Shown piece after piece: positions 1 through 12,400 of a DNA stretch of 64,000 nt (the first letter of the stretch is position 1; each line of letters begins with the position of its first letter). Below the pieces are notes generated by a model. It did not search any database. It saw only the letters and a list, made by a program, of their open reading frames with translations, and was not told where the DNA came from. Position numbers and translations under genes: made by a program. Source of the DNA: Squalus acanthias (Eukaryota); assembly GCA_030390025.1 (NCBI GenBank), contig CM059432.1:35962001-36026000 (forward strand), read 5' to 3'.

Positions 1-3000
1 TAAATCTAAGTCAGATAAAATATCCAAAACATCAACGTCTTGTTACGAGTCAGAAAGCTCTAAAATTAATTCTCCTGAACCAGAATTAGATTCCAGGAAA
101 TTGTCCAAATCGGACAGTCATTCAAAGATATCTTCATACCATTCAAAGTCATCGATTTCTTGTCATAAACCAGAGGTAGTTAAAACAAACTCGTCTGACC
201 CGGAATTGGACTGCAGGAAAATCTCCAAGTCTGATGGTCATTTGAGGACAACTTCATCTCATTCCAAATCTGTAACCTCTTGCCATGAGGTAGCAGTAAA
301 GAAGGACTCCCCAGAACCAGAAATGGACTCGAGGAAATGTTCTAAGCTGGACAGTAACTCAAAGACAATTCCATCTCATTCCAAGTCATCCACTTGTTGT
401 GGAATGGAAGCAATTCAAGGGGACTGCCCAGAGCTAGAATCAGATTCCAGGAGAAGTCACAAGCCTGATATTAATTCAAGGATATCCCCATTACATTCTA
501 AATCAACTACTTGCTGTGAAATAGAAGTAGTTAAAATGGACTCTTCCGAACCAGAATTGGACTCGTGGACTAACAGTAGGTCAGACAATAACTCAATGGT
601 AACCCCAACTCGCTCTAAGTCAACTACTTGCTATGAAATGGAAGTAGTTAAAATGGATTCTGCAGGGCCAGAATTGGACCCATGGACTAACAGTAGGTCG
701 GACAAGAACTCAATGGTAACTCCATCTCATTCTAAGTCGACTACTTGCTATGAAATGGAAGTAACTAAAATGGACTCTTCTGAACCAGAACCGGAATTGG
801 ACTCGTGGGCAAGCTGTAAGTCAGATCGGCAGTCAAGGATAACTACATCTAGTTCCAGATCCCATAAGATGAGGACTTCGCCCCCTTATACATCTGACAG
901 GGAATTAAGAAGGACTTCATGCTCTGAGTCAGAAGATGAATTCAGAGAGGTTCCTGAACTGCACAAGTCAGGAACAATGCAGACAGTTTCTAGATCAGAT
1001 GAGATTTGTTCCTCACTTGATCACCAATCGGACAATTATGTAAGCACCTCACCGTATTCTACATCAGATTTACCGAGGACGTTCTGCCACTCCAGACTCG
1101 CTGTTGAAATAGCCGGACCTTCAGCTGGTTCTAAATTAGATGGACCTTTGGCAAAAGTTTCATCTTGCTCAGAATCAGATGAAGAACTGAGATCTTCACC
1201 TCATTGCGAGGCTGATTTGACGGTTTCACCTCGTTCCCTATCAAATGAGTTGCTGTCCCCGCCTCATTTCATAACTAATGATTTGAAAACCTCACCTCAT
1301 TCCAGCCCAGATGAGGTTAAGTCTTTGGCCCACCCAAAACTGGAGGAATTCAGCACTTCGCACTACACCGAGACGGAGGAGATTTTGGCCTGTCCCAAAC
1401 CGGACGAGTCCATCTCTGTGCCCCGCTTGTATTTAGATGCAGCTTGGACCGTTTCGGCTGATGCTGAAAGTTGCACAAGAGACGCAAAACATCAAGGCGA
1501 AGAGTCAACAGAAAATAGGGATGTGGATAGTCGAAGGGAGCAACACACCAGTGAAGGAGATGGTTCTGAATCAAAAAATGATAGACTGTTTCACGATCCA
1601 AATAGCTTTAACAATTGCAAAAGTAAACCGAATGTAGTGCCTGGCGACCAAAATTGGGATTCATTTGAGAAAGTTAGATTGTACACAGATTTGGCCAGCC
1701 ACCTTACTTTTGAAACTAAGGAGTCTTCAGAAGTGAAGACTGAAAGTCCATCAACAAATAACGAAGAAACCTCTTTCTCTGCTAGACCAGATAGTTCTGT
1801 TAAAGTGGAACCAGAGCAGTCGATGGAAATTTCTGAAGATGAGGAAGAGACCGATGAAGACTTGGCTGTGGAGGTGGCCGAGAGGCCACCGCCTTTGAGC
1901 ACTGCCGACCTGACGAGCTCAAATGAAGCGGAACACAGTTTACAGAATTACAAAACCAAGTCTTACTGTGACAGCAGCTCTATGAAGGCAGAATACAACA
2001 GCGTAAGCTCTGAAAATGAAGAGTGTTCAGAGGATGTCCAGAGCAGCAGTGAGCAGGAGAGCGAAGAAAGTGAAACGAGCTCTGATTCCGATGACGGTGG
2101 AGTCCCCAGAAACCGCTTGCAATCCGTTGTGATAGTTCCCAAGAATTCTACGTTGACGTTGGAGGAGAAGAGTCTGTCGTCCTCTCCTTCGTCTTCCTCG
2201 TCCTCTTCCAGAAGCAATCGGCAAGAAAAGAAGCATTCAAGCGTCGAAGGCAGCAAACGAGAAGCAGAAGAGAAACCCGGTCAGGAACATCTCCAGAACA
2301 GTGTCCAACATGGAAGTGTTCCCCAGGAGATTGTTGGTGGCCAAGGTCAGGGTGATGAAGAAGTTCAGGGCAGCCACTTGTCCTCTCCAAAAAAACCAGA
2401 GGACCAGCCGCAGGCTTCTTCGAGTCAGCTTTCTCCCGTTAGCGAGAGCCGCCAAAGCAGCAAGCAGCAGTTGTCTAGTGACAAGGCGGACAGTACCAGT
2501 CAGCCCGATAGGTTTTCACCAGACCAAAACCAGCTCCCTCCGCCGGATGAGAAATCTGGCTTGACCGAATCTCCGCGTGCGGACAGATCGGCGGAAAGGC
2601 ACCCGCACACGCCCAGCAGCCACTCGGACAGTTTTGCAGCCGGACAAAGCGGCGCTCAGCCGTCTCGTGGGACAGAGAAAAACCTCGGAGAAAAGCCAGA
2701 CAGCAGGCAGGCTGGCCCTTGGTCTCAGCAACAGGCCCAAGATCAGGGGTCTTTTCATAGCCTAGAGTATTTGGATAGCCTTGACTGGGACTTCTCTCAG
2801 CCGGAGAAGCCGAGCAGCAGTTGTCAGCAGCCGGATAGCAGTTACGGAGTGTACCGGAGATATGGCTACCGAATGGAGGAAGCCGATTTGGGCGACAGGA
2901 GTAGTTACTGGCAAGGTAGTAGAGCCAATTACTGGGATCCCAGGTTGAATTCCAAATCGGCATTGTACAGTAGCTACCAGTTGGGTCAAGACATATCTGG

Positions 3001-3480
3001 CTCAGATGTTCAAGGACAGGTGCAGCCGGACTCTATGACCGATGACTTTGCAAGCTACGAAGCTGTGAACCGTGACCCGCGATCTGTTCCCAAAGGCGTG
3101 AGCTCTCTACAGGCTCACGAGATAACCAGCAATTCCAGTAAGGGGACCACGCTGGTGCTAAAGGCCAGCGACTCTACGGCAGACAAGGACCCGAGGGCCA
3201 AAATGTTGGAGAAAAGGTCGGACGATGAGCAGGGGGGATCCCAGAAGCCGCAGCAAGAGGAGGTGGACACGGATTTGGAAAGTGATGTCGACACGCGGGA
3301 CTGCGAGCAAGTCAACGCCGAGCCGGATCCACATCCCATGATGCCGTACAAAGAATGGGTCACGCTGGTGTGCAAGATGGAAGAGTTCAAAAACACACCG
3401 TCCTGGAAGGAGCAGTCAAAACTGGGAATGATGCCACCTTACTTTGAACTAATTGAAGAGAACTTGTACCTGACAGAGAG
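1..3480 (+). CDS. SETD2: SETD2 large exon (human exon 3 equivalent), 3' part
   Basis: Frame open from base 2; contains [34 protein letters not shown] and ends [15 protein letters not shown]; donor AG|GTAACT at 3481. Confidence 0.95.
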
Positions 3481-6400
3481 GTAACTTTTCTAAGCATTTT
3501 TGTTGTTAAATTATTTAATTATACTATAATGAAGTATTAACACTAGGTTCTTAGTGGAAGTTATGCTAAACCTTTATAAATCACTGGTTAGGCCTCGGCT
3601 GGAGTATTGCGTCCAATTCTGGCACTACACTTTTGGAAGGATGTGAAGACCTTGGAGAGGGTGCAGAGGAGATTTGCCAGAATGATACCAGGGCTGAGGG
3701 ACTTCAGTTAAGTGGAGGAACTGGAGAAGCTGGGATTGTTCACCTTCGAGCAGAGAAGGTTAAGGGGAGATTTAATAGAGGTGTTCAAAATTATGAGGGG
3801 TTTTGATAGAGTAGGTAAGGAGAAACTATTTCCACTGGCAGGAGGGTCAGTAATTAGAGGACACCGATTTAAGATAATTGACAAAAGTACCAGAGGGGAG
3901 ATCAGAATTATTTTTACGCAGCGAGTTGTAATGATGGCCTGAAAGGGTGGTGGAAGCAGATTCAGTAGTAGCTTTCAAAAGGGAATTGAATGTGTACTTG
4001 GAAAGGAAAAATTTGCGGGGCTATGGAGAAAGAGCAGAGAAATGAGACTAATTGGAGAGCTCATTCAAACAGCCAGCACAGGCTGAATGGCGTCCTGTGC
4101 TGTATGATTCTTAGTGAAGGATATCACTGGATTGCCATTTGAATTTCACCACCAGTACAGTGTTAAAAACAAAGGGAAAATAAGATGGAGAGATTCAGGA
4201 CTGAGGAAGAGCCTTCAACCTGAAACATCGAATGATTGACTTCTGTTTCTCCACAGACCGGCTGAGCATTTCCAGCTTTTTCTGTTTTTTGTTTTCACAT
4301 TTCCAGCATCTGTAGCATTTAGCTTGTTTTGCCTGTTTTAAAATTGGGTTGTGCCCAGGCATCAACTTCAGGAAAGGTATATTGGCCTTGAAAGGGAGTG
4401 CAGATTTGCCAGAATGATACCAGGGCATAAAGGGTTAAATTAGGAGGACAGGTTGCATATACTTGTATTCCCTTGAGTTTAGAAGGTTGAGGCATAATCT
4501 AATTGAGGTGTTCAAAATGATAAAGTAGATACAGAGAAACTCTTTTCTCTGGTGGGGAAATCTAGAACAAGACGACAATCTTAAAATTAGAGCCAGGCCA
4601 TTTAGCAATGAAATCAGAAAGCACTTTTTCCACAGAGTAGTGGAAATCTGGAAATTCTCATCCACGAAAGGCGGAGGATGCTGGGTCAATTGAAATGTTC
4701 AAGACTGAGATTGATAGTTTTATGTTAGGTAAGGGTATCAAGGGATGTGGAGCAAATGTGGGTTAATGGAGTTAGATACAGATCAACAATTATCTAACTG
4801 AATGGCAGAACAGGATTGAGGGGCCGAATGACCTCCTCCTGTTTTTGAGTTGTAAAACACTGATCTGTCACTAGTGGTGGGAACAATTAAAGGTAATAAC
4901 TTATTTTTTATTTGTTCTTGGGATGTGTGCATCACTGACAAGGCTGGCATTTATTGTCCATCCCACATTGCCCTGAGAAGGTGGTGGTGGACATTCCCCT
5001 TTGAAGCAATTGTGGCGTTTAAGAGTCGAGCACATATGAGGTAGCTGAAGTAGGTTTCCTTCACCTCAAGGTCGTCCTGGTGCCAGCCCACAAATTACCA
5101 GATTTATTCATGACTTGCCATAGTGGGATCTGAACTCGCACCCTCTGTGCTGCCAGTCCAGTACCACAACCACGACACTACCACATCACAAAGGACCGCT
5201 AAACCCTTTTCTTGCACAACATTGAAGTACATGGGTTTAAGTTATGACTTTTCTTGCACTATCTTAGTATAAAAACACTAAATAAAACCCAGTGACTGAA
5301 ATGTAATAGAAGGGAAAGAATTTGCATTTATATAGCGCCTTTCATGACCTCGGGACATCCCAAAGCGCTTTACCACCAATGAAGCACTTTTGAAGTGTAA
5401 TCCATTGAAGTGCAGCCAGTTTGTGCACGGCAAGGTCCCACAGACAGCAATGAGCTGATGACCAGATAATCTGTTTTAGTGATGTTGGTTGAGGGATAAA
5501 TATTGGCCAGCACACCGGGGATAACTCCCCTGCTCCTCTTCGAAATAGTGCCATGGGATCTTTCACGTCTGTCTGAAAGGGCAGGCGGTACCTCAGTTTA
5601 ACGTCTTATCCGAAAGACAGTGCAGCATCCCTCAGTACTGCACTATAGTGTCAGCCTAGATTATGTGCTTATGTCTCTGGATTGGGGCTTGAACCCACAA
5701 CCTTCTGACTGACAAGTTGAGTGCTGCCACTGAGCTAGGGTTGACACCGAGTGTGTACCGTGTTTGTTCTCCGTGGTGTAATTTAGAACCGAATTTCATC
5801 TTTTACATTTTATTTCGACTTGTGTGAACTTTAAAAAAAAAAAAAAAAAAAAAAAAATTCTTGAGATGTGGGCAACACTGGCAAGGTCTCATTTAATGCC
5901 CATCTCTAGATGTCCTGAGTTAACCATATAGTGAGGAAGGGATTGGGACGATGCTGCTCTGCTTCACCACCACGGCCCCTCTAGTACGGTGCCCCCGTCA
6001 CGCTCACTCCACCGTGCCCCCTTTGGTCAAATGGCCTATAGTACTGCACCTCTGTGTCCTGTCCGCTGATTTCCACCATGTGGTTTAGGTATTCTGGTTC
6101 AAGACCCCCAATGACTGGGGTGAAAACTGGCAAAGTTGTTCAATTATCCTTTGTTACAGTACCTGTTACTGCCAGTAGAGGTTCCTAATGAGCTACACAG
6201 GAAGCGATAGATTCACACAGACAATGGGTGGAAATGGAGAGAGAGATGCACACAGAGATATATATAGAGAGAGAGAGACTAATAGACAAGGGGCGGAAAC
6301 AGACTGATAGAGAGCGAACGATGTGTGTGTATATATGTATACATACATACATACATACCCACCCACCCACCAAAAGAGAGACAGACAGAGGAGCGGGATG

Positions 6401-9400
6401 GGGGGAAAAGGAGAGACAGATGGGGGAAAAGAGGCAGGTGACAAGAGAGGGAGACAGACAGACCGATTTGAGTGGCAGAGAGAAAGTGTACGCAGCACAG
6501 TGAAACTCAGAAGACTGAGAGAAAGGGGGGATTTACAAAAAATGAGAGCAGAAGAAATGAGAAAAAGACGAATACAGCAGTGGGATAGAAGAAAAGGTGA
6601 TTGAAGAATGGAAGATATAGAGGAGAGTGAGAGACAAATACAGGAAGGAGAGACCTTTCAAATGTTTTGGCCGATGGGGAGGGCTTCGGGAGATCCAGTA
6701 ACTGTTGGTGACAGAGACGGGATTCACTGACTTGAATAAAAACAGAGAATTCTGGAAATTCAGAGCAGTACATTGAAGAAGTGAAGACACTCCCATCGTT
6801 GACTTCCCTTTTCTGTTCCCAGATGCTGACTGAGCTTCGTGTATTTCCAGTTTTTTCTGTTTTTATTTGATTTCTTTTTATTTGTAGTATTGGGCTTGAC
6901 TTGTCTTCCCTCGAGACTGCCCCCCCGTTTTGTCTTTGAAAGGGACAGAGACCATTCACTGGTGCAAATTTACCTTCCTGTTGCCTCAAACAACGTGCTT
7001 GCCATCATTGATTGTTGTTTTTGTATCTTCAGACACTTCCCTTGGAGAGGATACTCAGGAAGGGAAGTTGCATAAACTTGAGTTGCATTCCCTTGAGTTT
7101 AGACGGTTGAGGGATTGATCTAATCGAGGTGTTTAAAATGATAAAGGAATTCAATCGGGTACATACAGAGAAACCAATTCCTCTGGTGGGGGAATCCAGA
7201 ACAAGAGGGCACAATCTTAAAATTAGAACTAGGCCAGTTAGGAGTGAAATCAGGAAGCACTTTTTCGCACAAAGTGTAGTGGAAATCTGGGACACGCTCC
7301 CCCAAAACGCTGAGGATGCTGGGTCAGTTATAGCTTTCAAGATTGAGATCGATAGATTTTTGTTAGGTGAAGGTATCAAAGGATATGGAGCAATGTCAGG
7401 TAAATGGAGTTGAGGTACAGATCAGCCATGATGTGATTGAATGGCGGAACATTATGTGGAAGCTACATCATTAAATAAATTTAAAACAGAAATAGACAGT
7501 TTCCTAGAAGTAAAGGGAATTAGGGGTTACGGGGAGCGGGCAGGAAATTGGACATGAGGCTGAGTTCGGATCGGTCGAGGCCCTGTGGGTGGCGTAGCGG
7601 GCCCAGGGGCTGAGTGGCCGGGTCCTGCTCCTACTTCTTGTGTTCTTTAGATTTGAGGTGAGGATCAGATCAGCCATGATCTTATTGAATGGCGGAGCAG
7701 GCTCGAAGGGCCGATTGGCCTACTCCTGCTCCTATTTCTTATGTTCTTATGTTCTTATAACAGGCTCGAGGGGCTGAGAACAGGCTCGCAGGGGTTGAAT
7801 GTCCTACTCCTGTTCCTATGATGGGGAATACTCTCTGCTCTTCAGTGCTGTGACATTTAAATCGCATCTCTCCTTCAGGCTGCTGATTTTTACGGTCAGA
7901 GATTCCTTGCCCATAGGGAATGCTCGTTTACTCCTTTTATCGGAATGATTATCCGTGAAGTCTGGCCAGGTTCCAGTCATTTATCTCCTTTCCCAAGTTT
8001 TAATTGGACTGATTTACTTTTTGCAGGAAGAAAAGCAAGTCTCACCGCGACATCAAGCGCATGCAGTGTGAATGTTTGCTGTCCAGAGAGGACCGAGAGC
8101 GAGGAGAGCTGGCGTGTGGTGAAGACTGCCTCAATAGGTTACTCATGATAGAATGGTAAGTGTCTTCCCATTGATTGGAGAACGCCAACCAAGGACCAGG
8201 ATGGACCCTCCTATCTCCGACCCCTTTAGAGTCTCCACTTGCACTTTTTGGTAGACAATAGTCAAACGTCGCTGTGAAATACAGCCAGTTTGTTACAGAT
8301 GGGCACCAATGGTTGGCTCTTGCCGAGATGATGCACAACTTGTGAAACCAGGATGGTCCAAAGGGTTCATCTTTCCATACGCCATTGCAACCGTGGCTTT
8401 TTGTGTTCATTGAGAATCCTAGGCCATGGTTCAAGGCCCTTGGTGTAGGACACGACCACAGTCAAAAAGTGTAGAAGAGAAAACTTAAGTCAGTTGAGCG
8501 GTCGGTGCTCAGGAGATGGCAGTCGTTGGGTTTTGAAAGCTGTTGAACAGAAGAATGAGGGAGGTGAAGACTTCCACAGTTTTATGGTCTTGAAAAGTGA
8601 TATGTTAAAGTAGACAGCACGATCAGTTTTGACTCTGCCTCGGCATCACATTTGGTGCTCAGGAAGAACAAGAGAAGAAGGTTAAGAGGAGCACTGACCA
8701 TCGTAGTGCGGATAAAATGTAGGCCGAAAGGAGGAAAGCAATGAAGCTCGAAGTGAAAGACGCTTTGTCTGTCAGGTGTCCAGCTTGCTCATCTTTTTTG
8801 CAAGAGGGGTGCTAGAAGAGCCTCCCCAGATACTGGAGCAAGAGTCGAGTCTTCAACGGACTTGAACTTTACAGAACTGAGTTACAAGCTGTTTGAGTAG
8901 GCAAATAAGTGCTCAACGTGAAAGAGGAAACTAAGCTAAGGGGAAAAAGCACAGGAGTGGGACTAATTGGATAGCTCTTTCAAAGATCTGACACAGGCAC
9001 GATGACCTTCTGTACTGTATGATTCTAAACTTCAGTCGTGGAGGAGATTGGGAGTTCCACTTGAGGTCACAGGAAATGCTGAGGTCAAGAGTGCCATTAG
9101 GTGAAGAAGGGCCCAGCAAAAGTACGTGGTGGTAGTTGTCTTGCTAGAGAGATGGAAAAAGCTGTGTCTTTGAAAGGAACATTTTCATTGACCCATTAAA
9201 AGATGTGAAGGCAATAGAGATTTGATTCAACTGCTGCATTGTGGGGAGAGTGAAGGTTGTGTACGTGAGGGCCAGACAGTTTAAAGGAAGCTCATAAATG
9301 TAGAGCATCACCGACACAAGGTTGGATAGGGCTGGATGATCGAGTGGAGACATTTTTTATATAAGTGGGACACAGGTCAGGTATAAAGACCTGAGAGTGA

Positions 9401-12400
9401 ACTAAGTGACAGTGAGGCAGTGGCTGAACGATAGAACGATTTGAGAGGAATTTGGATAATTACGGCATAGCTTTGGTGGAAAACCATATAATAACTTGTT
9501 TCGGAGTGCACAGTAGCACATTCTGTCGAAAAGCTATAGAGATATCCAAGGCGATGACCAACAAATCACACGTGCTCAAGGAATGTTCTAATGTGGGGTC
9601 TGATAAGAGAAGTAAAGTAGCCAATAACGGGACCCTTGTCGGCAGACTGAATGGCCCTGTTTGAATGTATCTGAGGGAAGATCGTTGTGTGTAACATTTT
9701 GCAGTAACGTTAGACACTTGTTGCCTCTTCTCAGCTCGTCGAGGTGTCTGCACGGAGAGTACTGTACAAACCGGAGGTTCCAGAGGCGGCAGTATGCGGA
9801 TGTAGACGCCATTCTCACTGAGAGGAAAGGCTGGGGCCTCCGAGCAGATAAAGAGTTGTCAGTGTGAGTGAAACCGAATTTCTCTTTGCATTTGTGAAGC
9901 ATTTCCAGTGTATCCCCTCCTTCCTTATCTCCACCCGGCCCCCCCCCGCGCGGCCCCCCCCCCGCGCGCCCCCCCCCGCCATCGGCCCGAAGGTGCTGAC
10001 TCTTCCAGGGATATGATCCTGTGGGCTCCGTATGGTCTCCGAGATCTTGCCCAAGCAGCCATTCTTCATGTGTGAGCCTAGACCGTGAGAATTGGTGACC
10101 TGTTCAACCATGGAGGCATCACTGACGAGCCCATTTTTGTCCTCGCCCAACATCCAATAGCACCCACACATTTCAGCAGGGGTCACTGGATAGCAGTCCC
10201 CCCCGCCCCAGCCTAAGGATGCTAAGGCCAACCGTGGCGCTTCAACTGCCGCTGCAACAGAGATCAGCTAACTCATTACGGACCGGGAATCGAACCGGTC
10301 CATAGTTACAAGCTGCCATTACCAACTGAGTCATGGGGGAGGCGAGTGCGGGAGGAGTAAAGTCTATTGACGTTAGTCACATACACCCACCCCACCCCAC
10401 CCCATATGTACCATTCACCAGATTGAAAGTTGGTAGATAGTCCAGTTCCAGGCATCCACTAGTGCCACTATGACCGATCACTAGCAGATCAGGTGCTATT
10501 TGTGGGTTTCCTCTTTGCATCCCCCCCAACTACATTTCCAATTATGATTATCGTAGTTTTCCTATCGTACCTTCCCCCTCCAGACGCATCCTCCTGAATG
10601 AAAACTCAGGTGACTCAAGATGGACGGGACAGTGGTCCAATCCTCGTAGGACCACTTCTGTGGGCTGCATATGGTCTCCGAGATCTTGCCCAAGCGGCCT
10701 CCTCGTAGCGACCACCTGTCCGTGATTGCAAACTAGCGTGTGTCGTGAACTCATCCCCAACCACTCCACGTGGCATCAAGCATTGGCATGTTATTTAAGC
10801 TCTTGGTAAGAGTTTCAGTTATTGGGTATTTGAGAAGGTTCATTCTCTTTTCGCTCAATTGTTGATCACCTCTGTCTGGTATAACTATTACAAGATCCAA
10901 TCACCACACTGTCTCCAGCTCCTGTGGCTGTCTGGTTGGCATTCTTCCATTTGAGGTCTTCCCCTACACAGCCCCACTATCTCAGTTGTGGCCTCCAACT
11001 TCCATCATCTCCAAAGGCTATTGTTCTTCAACCATGAAATGATCAAAATGGCCCCCCACCCCCGTCCTTCCTCTGTCGGATGGAGAAAGTTATTGGGGAT
11101 TGAGAAAGTGAAGCCCTCGACTATGGTGAAGCTAGTTAGGTTTACAGTGAAGACTGGGGGTGCGGTGGTGGGGTATGAAACACTGTTGTAACGAGGAGGG
11201 CTTTGTCTTTGCAGAAATAGCTTTGTGCTGGAGTACTGCGGGGAAGTGCTGGATCACAAGGAATTCAAAACGAGAGTTAAGGAGTACGCCCGCAACAAGA
11301 ACATCCATTACTACTTCATGGCACTGAAGAACGATGAGGTGAGAAGATGGCCCATGTTGCTCGTGATTCACGTTCCCCTGTCCTGTCCCCATTTAGTCCA
11401 TAGTGCGTGTGTTGGCTCGCTGAAGGAACTGTCCCCTTAGTCCCATTCCCATGCCCTTTGACCGCACTGTTTTAAATTTGTCTTTCACATATTTATCCAT
11501 TTCCCTTTTAAAAGCCATTATGGATTCTGCTTCTGCTACTGTTTCTAATGGAGCATTCCATGTCCCAACAACCCTTTGCATTGTAAAAAAAAAAATTCTC
11601 CAACCACCCTATTCATTGTTTTGGTACTGATCTTAAATTGTTGCCCACTAGTTATTGACTCACTGACCACCTGAAGTTTCAGCCTGGATTATGCACTCAA
11701 GTCTCTGGAGTGGGACTTGAACCCACAGTCTTCTGAGTCAGAGGCAAGAGAGCTATCATTGAGCCAAGGCTAGGCTGACACTTCAGTGCAGTACTGAGTG
11801 AGTGCTGCACTATCAGAGGTGCCACCTTTTGGATGAGACGTTAAACCGCGGCCCCACCTGCCCTCTCAGGTGGACATAAAAGATTCCATGACCCGACTTT
11901 GATGAAGAGCAGGGCAGTTCTCCCAGTGTCCTGGCCGTTATTTATCCTTCAACAAACATCACTAGAACAGATTATCTGGTCAATGATCTTATTGCGGTTT
12001 GTGGGATCTTGCTGTGCATAAATTGGCTGCCGCATTTCCCTACATTACAACAGTGGCTTCACTTCAAAAGTACTTAGTTGGCTGTAAAGTGTTTTGGGAC
12101 GTCCTGAGGTCATGAAAGGCGCTATATAATGCAAGATGATCATCTTTAAACTATCACACCCTGCCCCAGCTGTTGGCCTGGCTGAAATCAGCTAAGAGAC
12201 CTTGGCTAGACATTGGATCTTGCTGTCTGTAAGGCTGTTTGTTGTGTCAGGTGGTGTTGAAGAAAGGAGCAGGTCATTCTAAAGAAAAGTAGTCTTTTTC
12301 TCCCACCCCTCTGTCTGCCTAATCTTCATTCGGTGCCTCCTCGTAGCAACCACCTGTCTGTGATTGTAAACTAGCATGCACCGTGAACTCGCGCCCAACC

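Noticed and set aside
101..103. ORF-track start of the 1127-aa ORF as the protein start
   Set aside because: It is a TTG inside an exon whose frame is open back to base 2
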